The notes below the pieces were generated by a model, which searched no databases, was not told the origin of the DNA, and saw only the letters and a program-made list of their open reading frames with translations. From the human T2T-CHM13v2.0 reference genome, Homo sapiens, in the NCBI RefSeq assembly GCF_009914755.1, contig NC_060935.1: DNA of 64,000 bases. The stretch is one strand, 5' to 3'. A program made the translations under genes and the position numbers. This document shows, one piece after another, positions 1 to 13,488 of this stretch (position 1 is the first letter of the stretch; every line of letters begins with the position of its first letter).

Positions 1-89
1 TTATCTCTTAATTACAGGTAAAGAAACCAAGGGATAAATAGTGCAAGGTCATAGAACTATTTAATGGCAGAGCCTTTAATTAATCTTTA

Positions 90-220
90 GCAAATTTCTA
101 GGATACAATGTAGTATTATTAACTATAGTCACCATGCTGTATATTAGATTTGTAGCATTTACTCATCCTGCATAACTGAAACTTTGTATCTTTTGACTAA
201 TATCTTCGTGTTTCCCCCTT
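90..220 (-). mobile_element. L1MA 3' UTR fragment interrupting a MIR
   Basis: ttattaactatagtcaccatgctgtatattagat...cataactgaaactttgta is L1MA 3'-end antisense; MIR-like sequence on both sides. Confidence 0.65.
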
Positions 221-780
221 GACATGTGCCTAGACTTATCCAGTTCCAAAAGTCATGCTACTTCCTTCCACTTACCTTCCTGCCTCTAAAAAAATAAATA
301 TCTTAGAAATACTAGAGTTGAAAAAAATTGAATTACACAAGATTATGGGTAGGGCCTTCAATAATGGACCTTTAAAAACAACTGGGATTAATCACCATAA
401 GTTTTATAAGTTATAATTTGGAGACTAGTTCCCAGATGTTAAGCCTAATCTATTTACCTCTTATTTTCTATATGGACTGTACATTTTATATAATGTTTTA
501 TCTCTTGTAGCTTCCATCACTTACCAGCTGAGTCAGCCTTGGGTTAGTCAACATCAGTTACCTCACGTGTAAAAGGGGGTAATTATAGCTGCCTCCTGGA
601 ATTACTATGCAAATTAACCAATGTATATCAAAGCACTTTGTAAACTGAAAGGTATTACACAAATATCAGTTATCACTATTACCACAATTCTTATGAATTC
701 TAAGAAGTATTTAATTAATATCTGCTTATAACTGAGGATGTTCTGGCCCTGAATATTGTTTGTAAAAAATACAAGCAAAT

Positions 781-1086
781 GGCCAGGTGCAGTGGCTCAC
801 GCCTGTAATCCCAGGACTTTGGGAGGCTGAGGTGGGTGGATCACTTCAGGTCAGGAGTTCGAGACCAGCCTGACCAAAATGGTGAAACCCTGCCTCTACT
901 AAAAATACAAGATTAGCTGGGCATGGTGGTGCATGCCTGTAATCCTAGCTACTTGGGAGGCTGAGGCAGTAGAATAGCTTGAATGCGAGAGACGAGGTTT
1001 CAGTGAGCTGAGATCGTGCCATTGCACTCCAGCCTGGGCAAGAAGAGTGAAACCCTGTCTCAAAAAACAAACAAACAAACAAAAAT
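781..1086 (+). mobile_element. AluS element
   Basis: Full dimer from ggccaggtgcagtggctcacgcc, (CAAA)n tail, TSD-like aagcaaat on both sides. Confidence 0.95.
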
Positions 1087-1714
1087 AAGCAAATGGCTTG
1101 GGCCACAGAATGAATAGAACTCCTGCTTAAGTATCCTTGCATGTAACTTTTACAATATTGTCTCCCATTATACCCTGGACCCTACTGAAGCTGTCACAAG
1201 GAAGTCTTAGATACTAGTGGCTAATTCCTATTGTTCTTTTCCAATCTCAGTCACCCCCTGGAAGAAGCTGTTCCTGACTCATCAGTCTGGATTAGATGCC
1301 TTTTCTGAGCTCCACATAGCTTTCAGTACTGCTCTCCAACACAGCATGTATCACCTCTATTATATTTTTGGGTTTATTTGCCTGCCCCCCCCTCCACACT
1401 TCCACTTTGCTGTCTTTTTGAAGATATTACACACTGGCAAATATTTGTTGAATAAATCAAAGTATGGAAAGTGAAAGATTGAATAAATGAAACGAGAGAT
1501 TAACAAAATAAATGAAAAGAAATGTAGAGGAAAAGGAGAAAGAGAAAACATGGGAATTAAAGATAAATTAAGAGACATAAGCATTTAAATTAGATACAGT
1601 ATTAAAACAAGCATTTCCATATACAGCTGATGGGAATGTAAACTGAGACCAAAAAAATTCAAATCAATCTGATAGCAATATCAAGAGTTCTGTAAATGTT
1701 CATTAATTATATTA

Positions 1715-2990
1715 TATTCAGTACACAAATGTTTACTGAGTATTATATATGTTCCAGGCACTCTTACTTGTGCTGGGACTAATCAATATACAAAACAGAT
1801 AAGTCCCTGAGCCATAAAGCTTATAGCCCAGTACAGGATGACAGACAACAAACAAATACTCAAATAAAAATGATGTCAAGCAGGAATAAGCACTAGAGAG
1901 AAAAATAAAAGGGAACACAGGACGAAAGGGTGATCGTGGATGGCTCATATTTATCTGAGGTCTGAGATGGCCTCTCTGATAAAATGGCTTTTGACCAGAG
2001 AGGTGAAGAAAGAAAAGCAAACCATGTGGACATGTGGATGTGGAAGGGAAAAACATTCAAGGCAGAAGGAGGGGCAAGCACAAACTTCCTGAAGCAAAGT
2101 ATGCCTACTGTGATCAAGTAACAAGGAAGTCTGAGTATCAGTGAAGGGAGTGGTGGGGGATGAGGTCAGAGCAGCCAGCTGGAGTCAAATCATAAAGAGT
2201 CTCATAAATAAGGGCTTTAGATTTCACTCCAGATGACGTGATCTGAATTTAAAAGAGTAATGTATGGTGCAGCATGAGTAACAAAGGCAAAAATGGAAGC
2301 TGTTTAGGGAGCTATTGCAATAATTAAATGATAGATGATATGAATTGACTAGTGTGCTGGTAGTGGAATGTGGCACATTGTGGATGTATTTTGAAGGTAA
2401 AACCCACAGAATTTGTTGATGGACTGCATATAGAATATGAAAGGCGGAAAAAAAGAGAAGGCAAACCCCAAGGTTTGTGACCTGAGCAACAGCTCCCATA
2501 GAACCGTCATTTATTAAGAAGAGGAAGACAAGCTGGGTGTGGTAGCTCACACCTGTAATCCCAGCACTTTGGGAGGCTAAGGGCAGGGGGATCACTTGAG
2601 CTTGGGAGTTCGAGACTAGCCTGCCCAACATGGTGAAACCCTGTCTCTACAAAAAATGCAAAAATTAGCCCAGCGTGGTGGCATATGCCTGCTATCCCAA
2701 CTACTTGGAAGGCTGAGGTGGAAGAATTGCTTGAGCCCCAGGAGGCTGAGGCTGTAGTGAACTGAGATCGAGCCACTGAACTCCACCATGGGGGAAAGAG
2801 TGAGACCCTGCCTCAAAAAAAAGAGAGTAAGACTATGGAAGGACAGACTGGGAATAAAAAGCAAGAGTTTGTGTTTGGACATATTAAATATGCAATGTTT
2901 ATAAGACAACCAAGTGAGATGCTGATTAGGCAGTGGAAATTTGGCATTTATATTAAATACATATATAATCAAGAGATGAAGGCAGAAAGA
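1715..2990 (-). mobile_element. L2 fragment, split by an AluJ
   Basis: caaatgtttactgagtattatatatgttccaggcact L2 3' end followed by purine-rich L2 body. Confidence 0.75.
2531..2822 (+). mobile_element. AluJ element
   Basis: Dimer with J-type gatcacttgagc..gggagttcgag and gctgaggctgtagtga. Confidence 0.9.
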
Positions 2991-3719
2991 TTGTATAAGC
3001 ACAATAAGAAAATCCTAAAAATAAATGTCTATTAATAGGAAAGTACTTATGTAAATTATGGTTCAGTTATACGATAGGCTATTATACAGCTACTAAACAT
3101 GTTTTTGAAGACTAAGAACATTAGAAAATTCTCAAGATATAATGCTAAAGCAAAAAATAAAAGCAAAAACTCTCATTGCACATAGTATGGTCCAAATTAC
3201 ATGAATAAACATACAGACATGGAAAAAACTCAAAGGAAAATATTTCAAGTGATTATCTCTCTGTGGTAGGAAAAACAGTAATTTTAGTAGTTTTTCTTTA
3301 TATTTTTATTTTACAGTTTTTCTACAAATATATATTACTTTTATAATCAGAGAAAATGAAATTAGACAAAAATAAAACATTGAAAGAAAAAAATTAAGGA
3401 GGGCTATAAGGTAGATCAGTAGGTAATAAAAAGCAAATGGATATAAAGATGGAAAAAATATCTGGAGACATATATAAAGCAGTATTTTCAAGATGTGTTT
3501 TTACACAGTTATAGTTTGCCCCATTATCTATATTAATACAATTACCTAGAAGTAAAAAATGAACGACATAACCCAAAACTTATGAAATTTATAAATTGAT
3601 AGTGTCGTAAGAATGTCTTTGGAATGCAATGATTGTATCTCACAATTTTCCTATATTTTGTTCAGGTAATTACTAATATTAATATAGTAACCTCACCCAC
3701 AGCAGCTAATGATATAGGA

Positions 3720-4043
3720 CAGGAGTCCTCAACTGGTCAGGTCTATGGCCTGTTAGGAACTGGCCACACAGCAGGAGGTGAGCAGTGAGCTTTACTGCCT
3801 GAGCTTCCCTTCCTGTCAGATCAGCCCCTGGCATTAGATTCTCAAAGGAGCGAACCCTACTGTGAACTGCACATGCGAAGGATCTAGGTCGCATGCTCTT
3901 TATGAGAATTGAATGACTGATGATCTGAGGTGGAACCATGAAACAGTTTCGTCTGGAAACCCATCCTGCCCCTGCCACCTGTCCATGGAAAAATTATCTT
4001 CCATGAAAGTGGTCCCTGGTGCCAAAAAGGTTAGGGACCACTG
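3720..4043 (+). mobile_element. MER1B-like hAT-Charlie MITE
   Basis: Ends caggagtcctcaac...ggttagggaccactg; 8-bp TSD atatagga/atatatga (7/8). Confidence 0.85.
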
Positions 4044-5559
4044 ATATATGAGATGGCAGGAAATCACCCAGGGATTGCAAAGTGTCATGGACAATTGCTA
4101 AAGTATACATCTGTGGGCAATTAGGAATCAGATATCTTCTTGTCCTATATTATCACCTTATGGATGTATGAACATGAAAATAAACTCCTAGAAGAACAGA
4201 CCATGTCTATTTTCTTGAGTCACAGTATAAATCCTCTTTCAGTGTCATACAGATTATGGCCAGAAATAAGCTTCACATTGTGTTCATGATAGTGGTTAAC
4301 TTGTAAGAGGATAGGGACCAACTGATGGTTGGCTTCTACAGCGGTCCCTCCAAAATTCTCCATTGCCTATCATCAATCCTTTTTTGCATCAATGAACTAA
4401 AGAATGAAAGCAAGGATGAACTTACTCCATTAAAAATGTAATGCAACATTGATTAAATTACTATTCAAATTTTACATGTATAGCAACAATAGCTATGTAT
4501 ATGCAATTACCATTTCCATAAAATTATAGAGCATAGTGTTGTGTGTTTATGTCTGGCTAACTCATGAGCACATAGGAAATGATAAATATCTATAGGAGCC
4601 GGTTTTAAATTTCTCATTAGTGTTGCATTTTTGCTAATATTTATTTCCTTGAAAGCAAACAGCAGCTTAACGTGTTTTCTAATATATATTTGGATGTTCC
4701 CCTTGAATTAAGATTTGTTAGATTCGCCATTAGCATACCCACTCTCTCTGCTTCCTACTTCTAGTAGGATAGTTCTATGAATGATTCTTCATGGTTTATA
4801 TAAGTAAACCTATGTGGTTTAAAGTTTTGTGTGGTCAGTTTTCTCTTTATTGTTTATTTACATTAATAAAGAGAAAACTCTCCTTGAGGCTTCCACATAA
4901 TGATCTATCTGTCTCACTAGTTTTGTCTCACTCCCCCCTTTCATTTCTACACTTTGCTTCAAAACATACATTATAGTACCAGTCTCTATGTTGGAGAAAT
5001 CAGAAATGCAACACAGAGCAAAACAAAATCTCAGAGACATTTGTTCATGAACCTTTAATTTGGTTAAGTTTTATAATGAACTTTGTAAAGTCTGTAAGGA
5101 GTCTGATGTCATGTTTTGCAGAACTTTTTAAGGGAAAAGCTACCTAGAGTTAGCTATTGAGAGTCACTATGAATTTTTTAAAAGGGCAAAATCAACAAAT
5201 TTTCCATCAAAAAATCATATTTTAGCCAGAGGGAAAACTGATAGACTAGTTTATACCATATTTGCTTCCACTGATTTCTGTATTAGATTTTCATTGCAGC
5301 TGGTATTAGATATTCATTGTAGTCATAAAAATTAAGATTCTCAATAAAGCAGTCAGACTATATGACTCTCTGTAATAAAATATTCTAATGTGTTCTACAA
5401 GATAAATAAGTTGAAAAATCCATATACGTAGATTACAACATGTTTGAGCAGCTGCGTAATATTGTTGGCTACAGTTCCATAAATAATTTGAGGATATTTG
5501 CCAAAAAGTGGTTTTATTTGTATCACGGTTCATCTTAAAATCCTTGTTTTTTCAATAGT

Positions 5560-5800
5560 ATTAATAACAGCTAACAATTATCAGGTACTTATTTTTGCCA
5601 AGCACGTTACATGTACTAACTCAGTTTATTGTCACAACAAACCTATGATGTAGAAAGTATTATTTTGCCCCTTTTATAAACGGCAACACAGAGGCAAAGG
5701 GGAGTTACATAACTGATTCAAGGTCACACAGCTAGGAAATGGTGTGATTCAAACCTAAGCAGGGTAGCTCCAGGACCCACACACCTAATCACTCTGTTAT
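5560..5800 (-). mobile_element. MIR
   Basis: Core-like cacaacaaacctatgatgtag...aaggtcacacagctag. Confidence 0.75.
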
Positions 5801-5876
5801 TCTACTGTAATTCTAAAGCCGGGTCAGTTGCCTGCTTAGGGTACTCTAGCTGTTTTCCACCATACTTGACTAAAAG

Positions 5877-7117
5877 TGACAGTGACAGGAGGCAGCCAAA
5901 CGCCTAGGCAGATAGGGGTGGGTAACCAGTGAAACCCCACCTTCAAGCAAAAATAACAGCCTGAAACCCATGGCCCAAAGTGATAACTTCTACTCCTGTT
6001 CACCCACTCTCCCCTGATTGGTTCTTTCTGGATAATGCCTTTTTACCAATCAAATGTTGCCTTTTCCAAAACTACCTATGGCCTGTCCTGCCCTCATCCT
6101 ATGTATATAAAGACTCCAGGCTCAGTCAATAATTAGTGAACTGGGAGATGCAGACCCTCCCTCAATTGGAGTGGACACCATCTAATCAGCTGCCAGTGCA
6201 GCTAGGATAAAAGCAGGCAGAGGAACATGGAAAGACTAGACTGGCTTAGTCTTCCAGCCTACATCTTTCTCCTGTGCTGGGTGCTTTCTGCCCTCAAACA
6301 ATAGACTCCAAGTTCTTCAGCTTTGGGACTCTTGGACCTTTGACCACAGACTGAAGGCTGCACTGCTGGCTTCCCTACTTTTGAGATTTTGGGACTTGGA
6401 CTGGCTTCCTTGCCTCTCAGCTTGCAGATGGCCTATTGTGGGACCTCACCTTGTGATCATGTGAGTCAGTCCTCCTTAATAAACTCCCCTTATACATCCA
6501 TCTCCTCTTATGCATCCATCCTATTATTTCTATTCCTCCAGCGAACCCTGACTACAGCCTGACTTCAGGGAAGAAGACCTGTTCTTCCTGTCCCCTCTCT
6601 AGCTCCCCTCCCTGCTGAGAGACGTTTTCATCGCTCAGTCAAATTATCCGCCTTCACTATCATTTAATCATCTGTGTGACCTCATTCTTCATGGATGCTG
6701 GACGAGAGCTTGGGACCACTGAGTGCAGGTACTCAGAAAGGCTGTCACACCAGACCTTGCCACCACCAGAGGAGGGCAGCCGCCCCACACCATGAGGCAA
6801 GGGGCCAACTGAGCTGCTAACATACTGCTGTCTACAAATGGCAGAACTAAAAGAGTACTGTGACACCCTCTCTGGGGCTATGGGATTATGGGCACCCTCA
6901 CCTGGATGCCACCACGCTCCCCTCCAGGAGACATGCCTTGTCTGGCCATGGGCCCCACACGGAGCTTGCTCCTGTGCCAGTGCCTGAAGCAACCAGCTGG
7001 ATCCCACACTCACTCACTCACATGCCCCCTCCCACAAGGGGTTGAGCACGGTGGGCCAAGTAGACAGGGTGCCCCTACCGCGAGTCCAGTGAAGGGGCCA
7101 AGAGAAATCCTGCATCA
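5877..7117 (+). mobile_element. ERV1 solo LTR (MER52/LTR27/LTR28 group) carrying a nested MLT2A
   Basis: TG...CA ends (tgacagtgacaggaggcagcc ... aaatcctgcatca), 4-bp TSD aaag, CCAAT at 6046 and TATATAAA at 6104. Confidence 0.85.
6132..6556 (+). mobile_element. MLT2A (HERV-L) LTR, 5'-truncated
   Basis: caccatctaatcagctgccag...ctcagcttgcagatggcctattgtgggacc...gaaccctgactaca; AATAAA at 6478. Confidence 0.85.
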
Positions 7118-7365
7118 AAAGCATATAAGAAAAGATTTCTTTCCTGTATAAGAAGAAACTTCTAGTTCACTCAGAATGGTTTTAAGTCATTAAATGTAAA
7201 CTAAAAAGAAGAGAGGCTAGAACATGCTTGTACTGTACTCTGATGAGGTGTTGTCTGATCCTTCGAGAGCTTGTTCCTAATGGGTACCATAAACCTTGAG
7301 CCATTATTAAGGGACAGTTTATATAAAACACAATTAATAATTGGCAAGTTTGTGTAACTTAGCTC

Positions 7366-7680
7366 AGTGTTTCTCAAACTTGGGTACTTAAGTGTACCTT
7401 GGGGTTTGTGGTATTTGCCAGGGATTACTAATATCTTCAGAAAACCTTTCTGGTGTGTCGACTTCATTTTAAGACTCGGAAGAAAAATAACGTAGTTTGT
7501 AATAAGAATATTTTTACTTTAAAGCAAACAATATTCTGCAAGCTTTTGTGATAAAATATACAAGATTTTATGTGTTTTTATGCTTGGGCAGAAATCTTCA
7601 TGTTCTACCTCAGAGCCTGAGGAGAACAAGTTTATTTTCTAAGTTAAGGGCATGTGAGTAGAAACATTTGACAAACAGTG
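7366..7680. mobile_element. Old hAT/Charlie-type MITE
   Basis: TIR-like ends cagtgtttctcaaact ... catttgacaaacagtg. Confidence 0.5.
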
Positions 7681-7899
7681 GTCTGGCTTCTAACCAGTTC
7701 TAATCCACAAAGTTAAACAATAAGAGATAAGAAAAACAGAACAAAAAGAAACAAATAACAGTGGCAAATACTTATGCTGTTCCTGAAAGACTACTCCATA
7801 GGTAATAAAAACTATAAAAATGGTCAGTAGTCAAAACAGTCTGACTAAGCCAGGTCTGCTCTTCACGTGGAACATGGGCTATTAAACCTTGCTCTGAGA

Positions 7900-8635
7900 T
7901 ATAGCTCGGATTTCTCTATTCCTCTTCTCTTCCATTGCTACCCTCACTTCAGTCCCAGGTGTCATAATCTTTTCCCTCTTTTTTTCCAGTGGTCTCTCTA
8001 CTCCACACAGCAGCCAGAACTTTTTTTTTTTTTTTTAAAAACATAAATCAGATCAGTTTTCCTGATTAGTACTCTTCAATGAATTCTCAATGAACTTAAA
8101 ATTAGACCTACACTTTCTCATTACCTGTGAAGTCCTACTTCTGCTTCCTGCTTCCTTATCTAACCTAATTTTCTGCCTGCTCCCATTATCTCATCTCTTT
8201 CTGGCCAAACTGGACTTTATGTTGCAGGAACACAGTAAACTTATTCCTGCCTCAATGACTTTGGCTTTGCTATTCCCTCTTCTTGGAATGCTATTTCTCT
8301 GATCTTTAATCATCACCACTTTCTACTTTTTATTCAGGTCTCAGTCCATATGCTATCTCCTGAGAGAGGCACTGCCTGGTTATCCTACTTCATATTGTTC
8401 TCTTCCCCAATCACTGCTCATCACATTATCCTATTTTACTTCCTTTGTAGCACTTAGCACTAACTGAACTTAATGCATTTATTTATACATCTCTTATTCA
8501 ATATACTAAAATGTAAATTCCATGAGGGCAAGCACCTTGACCAGTTTGTTCACCATTGTGACTATGTTGCTAATAACTATGCTTGACATGGGTAGAAGCT
8601 GAATATTCACTGAATGAGCAAATAACTGAATGAAG
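7900..8635 (+). mobile_element. L2 3' fragment
   Basis: Pyrimidine-rich L2 body ending aatgtaaattccatgagggca...tgaatgaa. Confidence 0.75.
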
Positions 8636-11559
8636 GAGAAAAGGCAACTTGAATATATATTAGATGACATGGCTAGTAAGCTAGTGTTCTATAATTCGGA
8701 GACAATAGAGTAGATGTGGACTCCAGACTGATGAGATTATGTCTGTTCAGTAAGTGACAGAGTCAAACTGGTGAATATTAGAGTTACAGTTTGGGGCAGT
8801 TCTTGTAAAGTGTCTGTGGACAAGAAATCTTTATTGAGGCTTTTTTTATATGATGCTTTTTAATGAACTAAATGATGTGAGGGACCAATAAGTAGAGGCA
8901 GCCAGAAAGACACACTAAATTCACAGCTAGGTAAACTTGGTTTCTAACACTGAGAAATATATCTTTTACAGTTATAATTTAGGTCCCTGGGTTTCATAAT
9001 GCTATTTATCACATTCATAACTTGGGAAATTAGGTCCCTACATCTTGAAAGAGTAGTTTTACTTTGCATTACCAATTTTTTTGTTTCATTTTAGTACTGT
9101 TTGCATATCCTAAGTATTTTCAGCCAGATAGTGATGATGTGTGGTTTGCCTCTCTTCTGAGTAACTAGGGAAAACTTGGCCCAGTAAAGATAGAACTCAT
9201 AGTTACCGGTAACATACAAAATAGACACTGTTACCAGGTAATCCTTGATTGAAGATAGTTTTTCATAATTGCTACTTTCTTACTCCAGCCAAAAAAATAG
9301 TGCACATATACATGGGCTCTAAATCTGATTATACTACTTACAAATACTGGACCAGGGAAAGCCAACAAATCACTCTGGGCCCTGTGTCTCTGGCCCAACC
9401 AGAAAGAGAGATTAGACTCTATATTTACTTATGGCCCTTTCTATTCTGACAGTCTATAATGCCTGAGACAAAAACAATCTCAGTATTGTTGTAATAGCTT
9501 TATTTTCCAAAAATTGAAAATCAGATATCTACATCACAATGAATGCCGATTTATAGGGACTCAGTGAGCATGCTACTAAGAGATTGTATCCAAAACTTTT
9601 TTTATTTGTGACTTTTCTTCTAAATTCATGGAAAAATAAAACTTCCCAGTTTATGCAGGTGTACATTTCTTTAATAGAAATAGATTAAAAAATCTACCTA
9701 GGTTATTGTAGAATTATTTGAATCAAAATTGCTTTAAAATTCTTACCGTACATCCATAACAAACGTGACTATAAATCAGGAAAGTAGAGAAACATTTATT
9801 ACAATAGATTAAGATATGAATACATGGAACAAAAGTTTTCCAATTTGATGTGATTTTATAGGTTATGGGAAAGTTCCCATTTCACAGACATGTTTCCCTA
9901 CTGGCCCAAGTTCCGTTATTAGAGATTTATTTTCTTGATTTACTATTTTAGGAAAATACAAAGTAGGTCTCAAACATAAGCACCTAAATGAACTTAGAAT
10001 AATAATTTACAGAGCCTTCTAAAAATGACAACATTCGTGCATGTTAACATATTAAAACTTCACAATTCCATGAAGAAATTAGAAGATCCTTTATAGCGAA
10101 TCTACGGATGAGAAAATCAAGACTCACAGAGATGAACTGACTTGTTCAGAGTTATCTAGGTAGTAAGTGGTAGGACGAGCACTACCAACCAGGGATGCAG
10201 GGATGGGGCCTTTGAAAACAGACAGACCTGAATTCAAATTTTGATTCTATTTGATTGCTGTATGCTATGAGGCAATTACTTAACCTCTCTGAGAATTTTT
10301 TAATCTGTAAAAATCAAGAATAAGAATATCATATAAATAATATAGGAGCAATAATATATATTACAGCACTTATTGTTAACGGTGAATAGTAATGATCCTT
10401 TTGTTTTTATTACTCTATGTATTGTTAATCTTACAGCTAGGGTGCATAGGAGAGAAGGAACAGGAATATAAAGATGATCCAAAGGTAGGTACCATTTTCC
10501 TTTGTGAGTCTTATATTTCAAGTTCTAATTCTTGCTTTCATTTTATTCTATTTCACATTCTTCTGTGAGTCTGCACAATCTATCCCACTACCACAAATGC
10601 CCTTCCTCATCTCTTGACTCTCTGACCAATGCCTACACAGTTTTCAAGTACTAATTAGAGTCATATCCTCTTTAAAACTTTCTTTGATGCCATAGGTTAT
10701 TCCTATGGCATTCATGTAATACTCATACTCATTTAGCAGTATTTCCTAAGTGTCTCTTGTGGTGTTAGGGAACTCTGCTAGTGCTACATAAGGGCACTTT
10801 AGAGAACTGACCCTACTTTTGCTTGCTTGCTTCTGTTAGTAATTCTCAGACTTTTGAATTTTACAGATAGTTAACATTTAAAAAATGAAGACTAACAAAA
10901 AGTTGCCAATTTTTCTCTTCTAAGTAAAAACATAATAAATAATTGCCAAATTCTTTTACAAAAGAAAGGGCATTTTGATTACAAAATATATAATCTCAAG
11001 ATTTTGAAAAAAATTAATAAATTAGGCTTTGTGGAAAACTTCATGGAGGGGGTTCTGCATAAATTAGGGAACAGGCATTGGGGAATCCATTGATTTACAC
11101 ATTTTTTTTTTTTGCCTCAATTGAATAGTTCTTAGATGCTATTTCTTATTCATTTGTGCATCTCTAGTGCAGCACCAGGTGTCTTATAGGAAGTATTCAA
11201 TTAATATTTATGAATGAGAAAGTGAATCTGCCTCTGAGCAAATACCTCTGAGACCCATGGTAACGCCTACAGTGTGAAGCACCTATGAGAGAACACCAAC
11301 AATGGTAAGAGAGTGGTGGAGGGGTGTGTATGTGTATGTTTATGTGTGTGAACTAACATAATTTACTTTAACAGTTTGCCAGGCACCAACCATTCTGATT
11401 TTGTAGGGAAATACTAGTGAGACTGTCCTCTAGGGGAACAGGAAAGGAGGCAGGGGCAGGATCTAAGATATTGAGGCATATCTCACGTGTACCGTAAAAA
11501 TATTTCATGTGACATCTGAAGTGGATTAAGATTACAGTAAGTATAGTTACTGTAAATAG

Positions 11560-12110
11560 ATAACATTCGTTGAGTACTTATAATGTGCCAGGCACCTTTC
11601 TAAGTTCTTTGCATTCATTAGCTCACTTAATCATCACAACAACCTATTGAGATAGACTCACTTTCTATTCCCTTGTACAGGTGAGAAAACTGAAGCTTGC
11701 AGAGGTTAAATGACTTGCCCAGGGTCACACAGTCAGTGGTAGAGGTAGGTTTCAACTATGGTCTAGTTGTTTTTAGAGCTCATCAAAACTCTGAGGTCCC
11801 TTTCTAGCCACATATTTCTATGATGAACATAGTTTTATATGACTTGGTTTTCATTTTTAATATTAGAAAATTAAAACGTTTTCTCTTAGCTAGGATTTTA
11901 AAGCTGTTAAGGCACTCAGTTTTTCTACTTATTAATAAAAGCTATGTGACCATAAGCAAGTTCCATAACCTCTTTGAACTTCAATGTCTACATCTCTAAA
12001 ATGGAGATGAAAGCCTTTTTCTGTGTGTTTTTCGGAGGATTAAATGGATAGTGTATAAAAACAGCTAGCAGAGGGTCTGGATTATGAAGGGGCTTGAATA
12101 AATGTTAATT
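11560..12110. mobile_element. Two MIRs in opposite orientation
   Basis: gagaaaactgaagcttgcagaggttaaatgacttgcccagggtcacacag and tgtgaccataagcaagttccataacctct. Confidence 0.75.
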
Positions 12111-13349
12111 CGCTATGGGGCCTAGTAACATAAAGTGACATTTCTAAATTAAAATCATATCAAATATTAGTAATAGGATGAGAGCAAAGAGATCATCACT
12201 CTGGTGGATAAAGGTGCCTGTATTTACAGAATTCCTTAGAGAGCCGTGAGGATTATCTTTGCCGCAGCCCTCATTTTAATTAAGAGCATAGAGATCAGAC
12301 ATTTCAGCATAGGAAGAAGCTTGTATTTGATTTACATGGATGCACATTTTCAGCGTCTAAACATTCCATTCCTTGGCTAAAGATATAAAGAGCTACTTCA
12401 GCAAACCTGATATTGCAAAATAAATGGAAAATGCTTAATCATTTAAAAAGATACACCAAAGAACAGAAAGATCAAAGCATCCACATATACCAGTGAGGAA
12501 AGCTTTCCTCTCCGGCAGAAAGTCTCTACTTTTTGAAAGGCTGACAAATGACTTCAGTTAGACAGGCAGGGTATAAAACCAAAACAACCCATCTATCATT
12601 CTTTACACACAAACACATATCGAAATTAAGCACACATATGTATACATGTAATCTCATTTTTGATAAAAGTATTGTTCATGGAGAAAAATTGTGGAACAAT
12701 GTGTAAAACATAAACTTATTTTGTAAAAATAATGTCAGGCCCCACGTATATCTGAAAATACATTTGTATATGTTTGTAAGAACATGGAGAAGGTATGAAA
12801 GGTTTATGCCAGGTCGTCACCTTGGGTACCCTGGGACAGGTCACTCTGGAGGGAGTTTGGGGGAAATTTTTGTTCCTTGATCTTCTTTGTATTCCTTTGC
12901 CAAATGTAATGACCAGTTAAAGACAAAAAGTTTTTACATTTACATTTCTTTATTATTCATTTACCCATTGAATTCCACTAACCAAATATATAATATTGGC
13001 ATGCTACTTCCTTCCTTTTGAATCTCAGCACTATCTTCTCTTCTCAAGTATTAATACTTACCTTACACTATGGCTGTAAAGCTTAAATGTGATCAGATAT
13101 AGAAAGTCTTAATAAATGGCAAAGTGATGTATAAGTGTATCTTACTATTTATTCACAAATATTTTGTGATTTTGCTGCCTATCAGAGGACAATGACACAG
13201 TTGCAATGCACCTGAGGCAAAACTACAATAAGGTTGAATGGGACCCAGAAGCTTTAGTTAGCATCCAAAACAACACCTGACATGTTAGGCAAATGTGATT
13301 TCTTTCTGGTAATAAGAGCAAATCCAATTAACTAACAGGCATATCTGAC

Positions 13350-13488
13350 CTGGTGTAGTCGTCGTCAACAAGCATGTGCTTTGGAATTGGTGAGTACCTT
13401 CCTGGAGAGATGGGTGGCAGGGAGGTTTTATATTCTAAAGTGCCATTGTTGCCAGAGAGTAGATGGTTTTCCATTGGTGGAGAATAAG
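13350..13488 (-). CDS. DLG2: DLG2 coding exon, PDZ2-PDZ3 linker: (S)YSPPMENHLLSGNNGTLEYKTSLPPISPGRYSPIPKHMLVDDDYT(R/S)
   Basis: Read by hand: ctctttttcccccacctcttag|CT TAT TCT CCA...TAC ACC AG|gtcaga. 139 nt, phase 1 to 2, after a 2,300-nt intron; MAGUK linker motif SPGRYSP. Confidence 0.96.
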
